A stretch of DNA of 64,000 nt from an uncultured delta proteobacterium (GTDB lineage Bacteria; Desulfobacterota; RBG-13-43-22). The notes beneath the pieces were generated by a model. It was not told the origin of the DNA. It saw only the letters and a list, made by a program, of their open reading frames with translations, and made no database searches. Made by a program: the position numbers and the translations under genes. Shown piece after piece: positions 1-9,004 of this stretch (positions are counted from its first letter, which is position 1; each line of letters opens with the position of its first letter). Location of the stretch: assembly GCA_963843145.1 (NCBI GenBank), contig CAWJJC010000019.1, forward strand, positions 38,652 through 102,651. The letters are read 5' to 3'.

Positions 1-782
1 CGCAGGCGGTTTTGTTTTTGTTCCAGCCAGGAGGAATAGTTGCCCTTCCAGGGGATGCCCTCGCCCCGGTCCAGTTCCAGGATCCAGCCGGCCACGTTGT
101 CCAGAAAATAGCGGTCGTGCGTTACGGCAATCACGGTGCCGGCATAGCGCCGCAGGTGGCTCTCCAGCCAGGCTACGGATTCGGCATCGAGATGGTTGGT
201 GGGTTCGTCCAGGAGAAGGATGTCCGGTTTCTGCAGCAGGAGACGGCAGAGGGCCACCCGCCTCCTTTCGCCGCCGGAAAGGATCTTGACCGGCGTATCC
301 CCGGGAGGGCAACGCAGGGCCTCCATGGCCAGGTCCAGTCGGGAATCCAGGTCCCAGGCATCCAGGGCGTCCAACTGCTCCTGAACCTGTCCCTGGCGTT
401 CGATGAGTTGATCCATTTCCTCAGCGGACAGAGGCTCGGCAAACTGCTCGTTGATGCGGTTAAACTCGTTGAGCAGGTCCACGGTGGCTTGGGCCCCTTG
501 TTCCACGATTTCCTTCACGGTCCGGGTGTCATCCAAGTGGGGTTCCTGCTCCAGGAAGCCCACGGTATACCCGGGGGAGAGGATGGTCTGGCCGTTGAAA
601 TCCGGATCGACCCCGGCCAGGATCCGCAGCAGGGAACTCTTGCCCGACCCGTTCAAACCCAGGACTCCGATCTTGGCGCCGTAAAAATAGGACAAGGAGA
701 TGTCCTTCAATATCGGTTTCTTGTCATAATATTTGCTCACTCGGATCATGGTGTAGATGACTTTATTCGGTTCGCTGGCCAT
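1..782 (-). CDS. ettA: ABC-F family energy-dependent translational throttle protein EttA (5' part; runs off window)
   Basis: Own translation from ATG at 782: MASEPNKVIYTMIRVSKYYDKKPILKDISLSYFYGAKIGVLGLNGSGKSSLL, with LSGGE signature and LLLDEPTNHLD. SD AAGGAG upstream. Not in the ORF track because it lacks a stop in the window. Confidence 0.9.
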   Translation of the reverse strand, partial: MASEPNKVIYTMIRVSKYYDKKPILKDISLSYFYGAKIGVLGLNGSGKSSLLRILAGVDPDFNGQTILSPGYTVGFLEQEPHLDDTRTVKEIVEQGAQATVDLLNEFNRINEQFAEPLSAEEMDQLIERQGQVQEQLDALDAWDLDSRLDLAMEALRCPPGDTPVKILSGGERRRVALCRLLLQKPDILLLDEPTNHLDAESVAWLESHLRRYAGTVIAVTHDRYFLDNVAGWILELDRGEGIPWKGNYSSWLEQKQNRL

Positions 783-866
783 GGGGCGGTTTTTCTCCTT
801 TATCGGATATTTCTTCGTGTTAGATTCGATTATTGACTATTCGGCGGCCAATAAGCAAATAGAAAT

Positions 867-900
867 AAAAAAGGAGCCGCCCCGCAGGGGCAAACTCCTT
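867..900 (-). terminator. Intrinsic terminator downstream of tRNA-Lys
   Basis: Minus strand AAGGAG...CTCCTT GC-rich stem followed by a T tract. Confidence 0.6.
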
Positions 901-908
901 GGAATTTG

Positions 909-984
909 TGGTGGGCCGTCCCGGGCTCGAACCGGGAACCTACTGATTAAGAGTCAGTTGCTCTACCAGTTGAGCTAACGGCCC
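909..984 (-). tRNA. tRNA-Lys(CTT)
   Basis: Reverse complement GGGCCGTTAGCTCAACTGGTAGAGCAACTGACT-CTT-AATCAGTAGGTTCCCGGTTCGAGCCCGGGACGGCCCACCA; cloverleaf, TTCGA loop, encoded CCA. Confidence 0.97.
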
Positions 985-1139
985 GAAAAATAATTTTTTT
1001 AGCATAAGTCCTAAAAAATTACAAGAAAAAATATTTTGGGAGAAATAGGGGGGAGGGGCGAAGAGAGAGGGAAGAAAGAAGATGGAAGATGGAAGAAAAA
1101 AGAAGGGAGAGGGGCGAAGTTAGAAAAAAAGGCTTTGAA

Positions 1140-1403
1140 TTAGGGGAGTTTATTCTTCTGAATTCCCTCTATACAGGCGAAGATCCTTTCCAGGCGGCTC
1201 TGAGGTAACCCGCCAAAGGTTTCCTGGAGGACTTCCGGGGGAAAGTTTTCCTTCAAAAAAGTCCCCACCTCCATCCGGGTTTCCCAGCAATTTATGAAAT
1301 TGCGACAGGGGAGGTCAGACTGGACCCGGCGGCAGTAATTGAAAGTCATCATGGTTCCCATTTGGGGGCAATAGATTTCCAGAAGATCGTGTTTGTCAAG
1401 CAT
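1140..1403 (-). CDS. Small Cys-containing hypothetical protein
   Basis: 87 aa ORF, SD GAGG upstream, C-x11-C-x7-C-x5-CW pattern. Confidence 0.65.
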   Translation of the reverse strand: MLDKHDLLEIYCPQMGTMMTFNYCRRVQSDLPCRNFINCWETRMEVGTFLKENFPPEVLQETFGGLPQSRLERIFACIEGIQKNKLP

Positions 1404-1436
1404 ACGTACCTCGCCAAAAGCTCCTCAGAGCGTGCT

Positions 1437-1473
1437 TGTCATTCCGAGCGCACGCGAAGGGCTCAGGATGACA
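1437..1473. repeat. GTCAT-type palindromic (REP/RPE-like) element, short copy
   Basis: TGTCATTCCGAGC...GCTCAGGATGACA inverted ends; related copies at ~7750, ~20012, ~23991. Confidence 0.55.
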
Positions 1474-1519
1474 GTTTGGAGTTTGTTGCGAAACCGCCAA
1501 GAATAACGCCGAGTCATCT

Positions 1520-1551
1520 GGGATAGCCGGTCAAAAGCGACCGGCTATCCC
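1520..1551. terminator. Stem-loop just downstream of trpB2
   Basis: GGGATAGCCGGTC-6nt-GACCGGCTATCCC, perfect 13-bp stem; weak U tract. Confidence 0.5.
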
Positions 1552-1563
1552 TTAATTTAACAG

Positions 1564-2934
1564 TTATCTAGGTGGGCATTTGGGGAAATTCTCCAGAGCC
1601 AACAAGGACTGTTGAATCTCATCATCGGGCATTTCATAATCGGAAAGTTTTCCTTCAAAATAGGCATTATAGGCCATCAGGTCCACCAGACCGTGACCGC
1701 TCCAGTTGACCAGAATGGTCTTGGCTTTGCCTTCTTCCTTGCACTTCTTGGCCTCCTGAATAACCGCGGCCAGGGCGTGGTTGGTTTCCGGGGCCGGGAT
1801 AAAGCCTTCGGTCCGGGCCCAGGTGACCCCGGCGGCAAAGGTCTCCATTTGGAGTACCGCCCGCGGTTCGATCATCTTATCGAGGATTAACTGGGATACA
1901 ATGGGGGCCATGCCGTGGTAACGAAGCCCGCCGGCATGGATGGGGGCCGGTACAAAGGCATGTCCCAAACTGTGCATGGGCAGCAGAGGGGTCATCTGAA
2001 CGGTATCGCCGAAATCATAGACAAAGGGCCCCTTGGTCATGGTCGGGCAGGAGGCCGGTTCCACGGCAATCACCTGGACCTGTTTGCCGTTGATTTTATC
2101 CAGAATGAAGGGCAGGGCCAGTCCGGCGAAATTACTTCCCCCGCCGCAGCAGGCGATGACGATGTCGGGATATTCCCCGATTTTTTTCATCTGCTTCTGG
2201 GCCTCTAGACCGATGATGGTCTGGTGCAGCATCACATGGTTTAAGACGCTGCCCAGGGAATACTTGGTGTCCGGGGTGGTCACAGCGTCTTCCACGGCTT
2301 CGCTGATGGCGATGCCCAGGCTGCCCGGGGTATCGGGATTCTGCTCCAGGATCTTCCGTCCGGCATTGGTGTCCGGGCTGGGGCTGGGCACACAGGTGGC
2401 CCCCCAGGTGTTCATCATCAGGCGACGGTAGGGTTTCTGGTCGAAGCTGATCCGCACCATATAGACCTTGACTTCCAGACCATAGAGTGCCCCGGCAAAG
2501 CTCATGGCGCTGCCCCACTGTCCGGCGCCGGTTTCAGTGGAGATCCGCTTGGTGCCGAAGACCTTGTTGTAATACGCCTGGGGAATAGCTGTATTGGGCT
2601 TGTGGCTGCCCGGGGGGCTGACCCCCTCATTCTTGAAATAGATCTTGGCCGGGGTCTGGAGAAATTGTTCCAGACCGTAGGCCCGCCCCAGGGGGCTGGG
2701 CCGGTAGATGGCGTATTTTTCCAGGACCGCTTCCGGGATGTCGATCCAGCGCTGGGGGCTGACCTCCTGTTCGATCAGGTTCATGGGGAAGATGGGAGCC
2801 AGATCATCCGGGCCCACCGGCTGTCCGGTGCCGGGATGCAGGGGAGGGAGCATCCCATTGGGCATGTCGGGTAGGATGTTGTACCACTGCCTGGGCATTT
2901 CGTCTTCGGTCAAAAGCACTTTTTTTTGCAACAT
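1564..2934 (-). CDS. trpB2: TrpB-like PLP-dependent enzyme (tryptophan synthase beta type 2)
   Basis: [11 protein letters not shown] lysine motif, [28 protein letters not shown]. Confidence 0.93.
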   Translation of the reverse strand: MLQKKVLLTEDEMPRQWYNILPDMPNGMLPPLHPGTGQPVGPDDLAPIFPMNLIEQEVSPQRWIDIPEAVLEKYAIYRPSPLGRAYGLEQFLQTPAKIYFKNEGVSPPGSHKPNTAIPQAYYNKVFGTKRISTETGAGQWGSAMSFAGALYGLEVKVYMVRISFDQKPYRRLMMNTWGATCVPSPSPDTNAGRKILEQNPDTPGSLGIAISEAVEDAVTTPDTKYSLGSVLNHVMLHQTIIGLEAQKQMKKIGEYPDIVIACCGGGSNFAGLALPFILDKINGKQVQVIAVEPASCPTMTKGPFVYDFGDTVQMTPLLPMHSLGHAFVPAPIHAGGLRYHGMAPIVSQLILDKMIEPRAVLQMETFAAGVTWARTEGFIPAPETNHALAAVIQEAKKCKEEGKAKTILVNWSGHGLVDLMAYNAYFEGKLSDYEMPDDEIQQSLLALENFPKCPPR

Positions 2935-3282
2935 GGTTCCTCCTTGAAGTAGTTAATAATATTAATAAACCACTGGGACGGCGTTTATTCTGCCGATTCA
3001 CCTCCTTTCAATATATTGAACCAAGCTAAAAAGCATGCCCTAAAAATAAAAAGCGCCTCAGTTTCCTCCTAACCCGAGACCTATGAATCCAATCCTAATG
3101 GTACGCTCTAATACGCCTAAACAACTATATACAAGGTTCTGAAGGCCTGTCAATTTTTTTTGATTTGGGATATTTTCTCGGCCATTGCTTTTTCTGAATA
3201 TAGAGGCTATAAAAAACATATTAAACCCCCAGGCCCGGGACGGGCACTCGCGAAGGATAAAAATATGCCAGGTTTTCGTTTT

Positions 3283-3411
3283 TCGTAGGGCAGGCGACCT
3301 CGCCTGCCGGCTGGGCGAGGAATACGGGTCACTCGACATCCAAGGTAAGGCTAAGGCGACGGTGGTCAAATTCAGCTCCGGTTTGGGCGGCGGGGTCGCC
3401 GCCCCTACGAA
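3283..3411. repeat. GTAG-type REP doublet
   Basis: CGTAGGGCAGGCGACCTCGCCTGCC ... GGGCGGCGGGGTCGCCGCCCCTACG; inverted copy of the right half at 11177-11233. Confidence 0.65.
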
Positions 3412-3479
3412 AAACCACTTTGTCCTTCGAGATCGGGTTCGATATTCGAAATTCATTTTTATTTTCTTATTAACCGACC

Positions 3480-4073
3480 ATGTCCCCTTTCTCTCTTATA
3501 TTAGCCTCGGAGTCCCCGAGGCGGCAGGCCTTGCTGAACGATCTGGGAATACCTTTCCGAGTAGTTGCGCCCCGGGTAGAGGAGATTCCCAGGGCGGGTG
3601 AGCAGCCGGCCGTTTTTTCGAAGCGCCTGGCCCAGGAAAAGGCCAGAACGGTTTCACAACAATACCCCGAAGATTGGGTTTTAGGGGCCGATACGGTGGT
3701 CAGTCTGGGAAAGCGCCTTTTGGGGAAACCGGATTCGCTCCGGGAGGCCAAGAAATTTTTGGAGGCTTTAAACAACCGGACCCACGAAGTGATCACCAGT
3801 TTCTGTTTGATCAACCAATCGCTCAAGAAGGCCCTGGCCCGGAGCGTCTATACCCGGGTAACCTTTAAGCATTTTTCCCGTCGGGAGATCGACTGGTATC
3901 TGCAGACCGGGGAACCCCTGGATAAGGCCGGGGCCTATGCCATCCAGGGGCGGGGATCGTTTTTGGTCCGAGAGATTAAAGGGTCTTACACCAACGTGGT
4001 CGGTTTGCCTTTGACGGAAGTCCTGGAGACGCTGGAGAAAAATGCCGGGTTTAGACTGGGGGAAGTGAAATAG
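3480..4073 (+). CDS. maf: Maf family nucleoside triphosphate pyrophosphatase
   Basis: LASESPRR, GADTVV, DKAGAYAIQG, NVVGLP motifs. Confidence 0.93.
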   Translation: MSPFSLILASESPRRQALLNDLGIPFRVVAPRVEEIPRAGEQPAVFSKRLAQEKARTVSQQYPEDWVLGADTVVSLGKRLLGKPDSLREAKKFLEALNNRTHEVITSFCLINQSLKKALARSVYTRVTFKHFSRREIDWYLQTGEPLDKAGAYAIQGRGSFLVREIKGSYTNVVGLPLTEVLETLEKNAGFRLGEVK

Positions 4074-4757
4074 ATGAGCGGGATCAATGACAATATCCAG
4101 CGGGTCCGGGAGCGCATGGAGCGGGCCTGCTCCCGTTCAGGACGTCGACTGGACGAGGTTTTGTTGGTGGCCGTATCTAAGACCATGCCGGCCGAGCGAA
4201 TCCGGGAAGCCCTGGATGCCGGGCTGACCCATTTCGGAGAAAATTATATTCAGGAGGCCCAGAAAAAAATTGGAGAACTCCACGGAGGGGCCTGGCATTT
4301 TATCGGCCACCTTCAGCGGAACAAGGCGCGGACGGCGGTCAAACTTTTTTCGATGATCGAAACCGTAGACCGACTCCCTCTGGCCGAGGAATTGGACCGT
4401 CAGGCCCGGGAGGCGGGAAAAGTCCTGGAAGTCCTCATTCAGGTCAACGAAGCGGAAGAGGAAAGCAAATCCGGGCTCCCGCCCGACAAGGTCCCGGCGT
4501 TGCTGGAAGCCGTCTTTTCATTGTCCGCTCTGCGGATCCGGGGCCTAATGGCCATTCCGCCTTATGACCCGGACCCGGAGAGTTCGCGCCCCTGGTTTCG
4601 GTCTCTTTATCGATGGCGGGAGAAGTGGCAAAATCAGTATCCCTCTTTGGACCTGTCGCAGCTTTCCCTGGGCATGTCCCATGATTTTGAAACAGCTATT
4701 GAAGAGGGGGCCACGCTGATCCGAGTGGGCACTGCCCTTTTCGGGGCCCGAGGGTGA
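4074..4757 (+). CDS. yggS: YggS family PLP homeostasis protein
   Basis: AVSKT, FGENYIQE, WHFIGHLQRNK, LSLGMSHDF, RVGTALFG. Confidence 0.95.
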   Translation: MSGINDNIQRVRERMERACSRSGRRLDEVLLVAVSKTMPAERIREALDAGLTHFGENYIQEAQKKIGELHGGAWHFIGHLQRNKARTAVKLFSMIETVDRLPLAEELDRQAREAGKVLEVLIQVNEAEEESKSGLPPDKVPALLEAVFSLSALRIRGLMAIPPYDPDPESSRPWFRSLYRWREKWQNQYPSLDLSQLSLGMSHDFETAIEEGATLIRVGTALFGARG

Positions 4758-4804
4758 AATTCTCCGGCGGAGTAGATTCTCGGGTCCCTTGTCAAAAACA
4801 AAAT

Positions 4805-4862
4805 TGTCAATAATCAACGGTTAATTATTAATTAAGAATTAAACATTGATTATTGATTATTG
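4805..4862. repeat. AT-rich heptamer (ATTGATT) inverted array
   Basis: CAATAATCAA ... ATTGATTATTGATTATTG; related arrays at 11236-11268 and 13065-13100. Confidence 0.5.
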
Positions 4863-5006
4863 CCTTAGCAAGAGGACATCAGGACTATTTTTGTAAAAAC
4901 GGTTTTAACCTGTCCCTCTTTATCTTTTCCGGGTTTATGGTTTACAACGGCCACGGTTTATGGCATAAAATTGGATTATTTTAAAATCGACAGGAGCTGA
5001 AAGCTT

Positions 5007-6359
5007 ATGGCCATCCTTGCCCCCTTTCGCGGGTTGATTTATAATCCCGAAAAAATCACCGACCTTTCCAGGGTCATCACCCCTCCCTACGATGTCATTT
5101 CCCCCCAGCAACAGGAGGCCTTATACGCCCGGCACCCCTATAACATGATCCAATTGGACCTGGGGAAGAACCTTCCCGGAGACAGCCCTACCTACAATCA
5201 GTATACCCGGGCCGCCCAACTTTTAAAGAAATGGCAAAAGGAAAAAGTGCTGGTTCGAGAACCGAAGCCGGCCATTTATCTGTACCGGATTCATTATCCT
5301 TTCCCGGGGCAGGGACTACGTCAACGCACCGGCTTTATCGCTCTCTTGGGCTTGGAACCCTTCGACTCCGGCATGGTCCGTCCCCATGAAAAGACTTTTT
5401 CGGGAATCAAGGTCGATCGCTTCCACTTGCTGGACCATTGCCAGGCCCAGTTCTGCCCGATTTTTTCCTTTTATTCGGACCCGGAAAATCAGGTGGTGGA
5501 ACTGCTCACTTCCCGGGCCCATCCTGAACCGTTTATTGACTATCAGGATGACGACGGCATCCGGCACCAACTCTGGCGGGTGACCGATAAGGCGGTTCTG
5601 AAAAAGGTTCAAAAGGATTTTCAGGAAAAATTCGTCTACATTGCCGATGGGCACCATCGCTATGAAACCGGCCTGGCCTATAAGCAGGCCATGCAAGAGC
5701 GCTATCCCGACAGCCCTCCGGGCGCACCCTTCAACTTCACCCTCATGTTTCTCTGTAATATGCACGACCCCGGGTTGACCATCCTCCCCACCCATCGCGT
5801 TCTCTGCCAGTTTCCCGAGGAACGATTGGCTCATTTTGAAAAGGATATCGCCGAGGACTTCCTGGTGGAAAGGTTTCCCTTTGAGAAGGCGAACCGGAAA
5901 AAAGTGAAGCAGGCGTTTTTAACCCGAATGAAGGAGAAAGCCCGGGAGGGGCATGTGCTGGGAGTTTTTTCTGCCGCCCCCTCAACCCTCTATCTGCTGA
6001 CTCTGAAAAAGGCTTGCTTGGAAGGGGTCTGCGCGGAAGACCTCCATCCGATCCTCCGGAAGTTGGACGTGATGATCCTGAGCCGCCTGGTTTTGCAGAA
6101 AGTGCTCGGGATCAAACCCGAAGAACTGGATCGGGAAAACCTGATCGAATACCGCCATGATACCCGGGAGGCCATGGCCTTAGTGGAATCAGGGTGCTGC
6201 CGGATGGCCCTTTTGTTAAATCCCCCGCCCATCCAGCGGATCCAGGAAGTGGCCGAAGCCGGCTTGGTCATGCCTCGCAAATCCACCTTTTTTTACCCCA
6301 AAACTCCCACCGGGTTGGTGATCAATATCATGAAACCCAATGAAACCATCATGGTCTGA
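5007..6359 (+). CDS. DUF1015 family protein
   Basis: PPYDVIS, RPHEKT, YIADGHHRYET, MPRKSTFFYPK. Confidence 0.9.
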   Translation: MAILAPFRGLIYNPEKITDLSRVITPPYDVISPQQQEALYARHPYNMIQLDLGKNLPGDSPTYNQYTRAAQLLKKWQKEKVLVREPKPAIYLYRIHYPFPGQGLRQRTGFIALLGLEPFDSGMVRPHEKTFSGIKVDRFHLLDHCQAQFCPIFSFYSDPENQVVELLTSRAHPEPFIDYQDDDGIRHQLWRVTDKAVLKKVQKDFQEKFVYIADGHHRYETGLAYKQAMQERYPDSPPGAPFNFTLMFLCNMHDPGLTILPTHRVLCQFPEERLAHFEKDIAEDFLVERFPFEKANRKKVKQAFLTRMKEKAREGHVLGVFSAAPSTLYLLTLKKACLEGVCAEDLHPILRKLDVMILSRLVLQKVLGIKPEELDRENLIEYRHDTREAMALVESGCCRMALLLNPPPIQRIQEVAEAGLVMPRKSTFFYPKTPTGLVINIMKPNETIMV

Positions 6360-7098
6360 GATAGCCGGCGGTTCAGGGGAGGATGAAACCTTAGACGTCT
6401 GGGCCCCGGCGGATCTTCGGCTGATCCAGAAGAAACGCGGCTATCGTTTCGCTCTCGATTCCCTGCTTCTTTCCGATTTTACCCGTTTGAAATCCAAGGA
6501 TCGCGTTCTGGAGTTAGGGATCGGCTGCGGGATTGTCTCTTTAGGGCTTTTCCGAAAATATCCGGAAATTTACCTGGTAGGTCTGGAACTCCAGGCCGGG
6601 TTCGTTGAGCTGGCTCGCCGTAACCTGGGTTTGAATCAAGCGGAGGATCGTATTTCCCTGGTCCGGGGGGATATTCGTTCCCTGCCTTATCTCTTTCGGC
6701 CGGGCTCCTTTGACGCCGTGGTGACCAATCCCCCCTACCGACCGCTCCGCACCGGTCGAATCAATCCCCACTCTGAGAAGGCCCTGGCTCGGCACGAGAT
6801 AGCAATCAATTTGGAGCACCTCCTGACCGCCAGTCGACAGGTTTTGAAAAAAGGAGGGAGATTTTTTCTGATTTACCCGGTCCGAAGGATGCCCGCTCTT
6901 TTAGCCCTGGCCCGGCAAAATCACCTGGAACCCAAGCGTCTGCGCCTGGTGCACCCCCTGGCCGACCGGGAAGCCGATTGGGTGCTGCTGGAAGCGGTTA
7001 AGGAAGGGGGCGAAGAACTCAAGGTTCTGCCTGTTTTGGTGGTTTACGAGAAGCTTGGGATTTACTCGCCCGAGGTTCGGGATCTGCTGGGGCGCTGA
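6340..7098 (+). CDS. tRNA1(Val) (adenine37-N6)-methyltransferase family SAM methyltransferase
   Basis: GYRFALDSLLL, LELGIGCG, NPPY, ARHE. Confidence 0.85.
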   Translation: MKPSWSEIAGGSGEDETLDVWAPADLRLIQKKRGYRFALDSLLLSDFTRLKSKDRVLELGIGCGIVSLGLFRKYPEIYLVGLELQAGFVELARRNLGLNQAEDRISLVRGDIRSLPYLFRPGSFDAVVTNPPYRPLRTGRINPHSEKALARHEIAINLEHLLTASRQVLKKGGRFFLIYPVRRMPALLALARQNHLEPKRLRLVHPLADREADWVLLEAVKEGGEELKVLPVLVVYEKLGIYSPEVRDLLGR

Positions 7099-7564
7099 AG
7101 CGAAGGCTTTTTTCCATCAAGGATTGGACCCTATCCCGTAGTTCAGGGTTTTTAATATCCTGGGACATTCGGTGGATGGATTTTTTCTCTTTTCGGGAGA
7201 GGGTCCGAGGGGTTCCAGGCAGGTTTTTTTTCGTCTCGTTCCAGCCCTGTTCCTGTGGCGGGAGGTCCCCGGTTTTGAGGCGTACCTCATTAATAAGGGT
7301 TTGATTCAGGCGTCGATTGATTTCCTGCCGGAGGGGTTCTTTTAAAAACTGGAATTGCTGGGCGGCGGCCGGGTTGGAAACCACGACCTGAAGAGTCCCT
7401 TCCTTGAGTCCTTCCAGACAAGTGTAGGGCCGCAAGGCCTCGGGGATCATTTCCGACCAGAGTTCGATCACCTGCGGGATGACCGGATCAATCGGCAGCC
7501 CCCCGCCGTTGATGAGCCCCTGGAGAATCGTTCCCAGGGACTGTATTTTATTATCCTTTTTCAT
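7019..7564 (-). CDS. DUF721/DciA-family protein
   Basis: IQSLGTIL...W...GTLQVVVSNPAAAQQFQFLKEPLRQEINRRL pattern; C-terminus overlaps the convergent gene. Confidence 0.65.
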   Translation of the reverse strand: MKKDNKIQSLGTILQGLINGGGLPIDPVIPQVIELWSEMIPEALRPYTCLEGLKEGTLQVVVSNPAAAQQFQFLKEPLRQEINRRLNQTLINEVRLKTGDLPPQEQGWNETKKNLPGTPRTLSRKEKKSIHRMSQDIKNPELRDRVQSLMEKSLRFSAPADPEPRASKSQASRKPPKQAEP

Positions 7565-7581
7565 TATCTTTTCCCTTTAAG

Positions 7582-7613
7582 CATTCGATGTTGGGCGTTC
7601 GATGCTCGATGTT
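7582..7613. repeat. TTCGATG heptamer array (single arm)
   Basis: CATTCGATGTTGGGCGTTCGATGCTCGATGTT; complementary to 8750-8781. Confidence 0.7.
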
Positions 7614-7748
7614 TGGCTAATCAGTAACTCTTCCACAGTCTCTTAATTTTTTAATTTTCATTTTGAAATCTGTTTACATACTAAACCACCATGCCCCACG
7701 GGGAACCCGCGAAGCATAAAAATAGGCTTCAAAGGGGTAGAGTCAGCT

Positions 7749-7839
7749 CGTCATTCCGGACAAGCGAAGCGCGATCCGGAATCCAGGCCTCAGTTAAGCC
7801 TCAAAGGACCTGGATGCCGGATCGAGTCCGGCATGACGG
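7749..7839. repeat. GTCAT-type palindromic element
   Basis: GTCATTCCGGAC...CCGGAATCCAGG...CCTGGATGCCGGATCGAGTCCGGCATGAC. Confidence 0.7.
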
Positions 7840-7896
7840 CAAATAACTGAGTCCTGAAAAGCGCTGGTCTATCCCGTTTTCGTAGTAAACGATTTG

Positions 7897-8712
7897 TCAC
7901 CATGTTACCTTTCTGAAGGCGCGACAGGTATTTTGGTAAAGAATCGGAGCCAGTTCCGCCACAGGAATTCCCCTGATTTCCGCCAATCGTTCGGCCGTGT
8001 GTACCACGTAGGCGGGTTCGTTTCGTTTCCCCCGGAACGGGTGGGGGGCTAGAAAAGGCGCGTCGGTTTCCAGGAGGAGTGACTCAAGGGGAGCCCGGCG
8101 GACGACTTCTTCCAGGGAAGAGCCTTTCTTATAGGTCAAGGCGCCGGTTACGGATAGGAAAAAATTCCAATCCAGGCAGCGCCGGGCCATGGCCCAATCC
8201 CCGGAAAAACAGTGGAAAAGACCGCCGACCTCCCAGGCCTTTTCCTCGGCCAAGATTTGCAGGGTCTCCTCATGGGCCTCGCGGTCATGAATCACGATCG
8301 GCAAGGAAACTTCCCGGGCCAATTGCAGGCATCGTCGGAAGCAGGCCTTTTGGTGTTCCCTGGGGGAGTAATTTCGAAAAAAATCCAACCCGATCTCGCC
8401 GATAGCCACTACCTTGGGATCTCCGGCCAGGACCCGTAATTCCGAAAGGGCCGGTTCATCAGCGGCTGAGGCTTCATGGGGATGAAGCCCGACGGTGGCC
8501 CAGATATGGGGGTCGGTCTTGGCCAAGACCAGGGCCCGCCGGCTGCTTTCTAAATCGATCCCGATGGTGATTATGGCGGCCAAACTCCGTTCCCAGGCCC
8601 TTTCCAGCACCTTCGGGCGATCCGCATCAAAGTCCCCCATATCCAAATGGGCATGGGTGTCGATCCAGATGGGAGGGGTGAGCGCTTTTTGAGAATTGGT
8701 TTTTTCAGTCAT
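7897..8712 (-). CDS. tatD: TatD family hydrolase
   Basis: DTHAHL, GLHPH, GEIGLD, IHDREA, HCFSG, ETDAPFL. Confidence 0.95.
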   Translation of the reverse strand: MTEKTNSQKALTPPIWIDTHAHLDMGDFDADRPKVLERAWERSLAAIITIGIDLESSRRALVLAKTDPHIWATVGLHPHEASAADEPALSELRVLAGDPKVVAIGEIGLDFFRNYSPREHQKACFRRCLQLAREVSLPIVIHDREAHEETLQILAEEKAWEVGGLFHCFSGDWAMARRCLDWNFFLSVTGALTYKKGSSLEEVVRRAPLESLLLETDAPFLAPHPFRGKRNEPAYVVHTAERLAEIRGIPVAELAPILYQNTCRAFRKVTW

Positions 8713-8740
8713 TTTATACTAAACCCACTTACGTACTAAA

Positions 8741-8838
8741 TGAACATCGAACATTCAACATCGAACGCCCAACCTCGAATGAAAAACAAACTCTCTCATT
8801 ACGACATTCGATGTTGGAAGTTCGATGTTCGATGTTCA
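8741..8838. repeat. Heptamer (CATCGAA/TTCGATG) inverted-array hairpin
   Basis: Left arm TGAACATCGAACATTCAACATCGAACGCCCAACCTCGAATG, right arm CATTCGATGTTGGAAGTTCGATGTTCGATGTTCA. Confidence 0.85.
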
Positions 8839-9004
8839 CCTTTTCACCGCCCCTTCCGCAGTCCATTGGACTAGATGGGATGTCCGGAAGGTCAAGTCTA
8901 TATTCTAATTAAATATTGCACTTTGCATTACTCTTACTCTCTTTCTTCTTCTTTTCTCTTCTTCCCTCTTCTATCTTCTATCTCCCCCCCGCCCCGCACC
9001 CACC

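Noticed and set aside
12-836. Long antisense ORFs (12..836, 9929..11044, 48584..49417, 61239..62858 and similar)
   Set aside because: They are shadow ORFs opposite well-supported genes in GC-rich DNA and have no recognisable motifs.
909-984. tRNA-Lys as an island integration site
   Set aside because: No integrase and no duplicated tRNA 3' end were found, and the flanks are housekeeping genes.
4960-4976. Sigma54 promoter before the DUF1015 gene (TGGCATAAAATTGGAT)
   Set aside because: It has GA rather than GC at the -12 position. A similar motif before trpB2 has 11-nt spacing.
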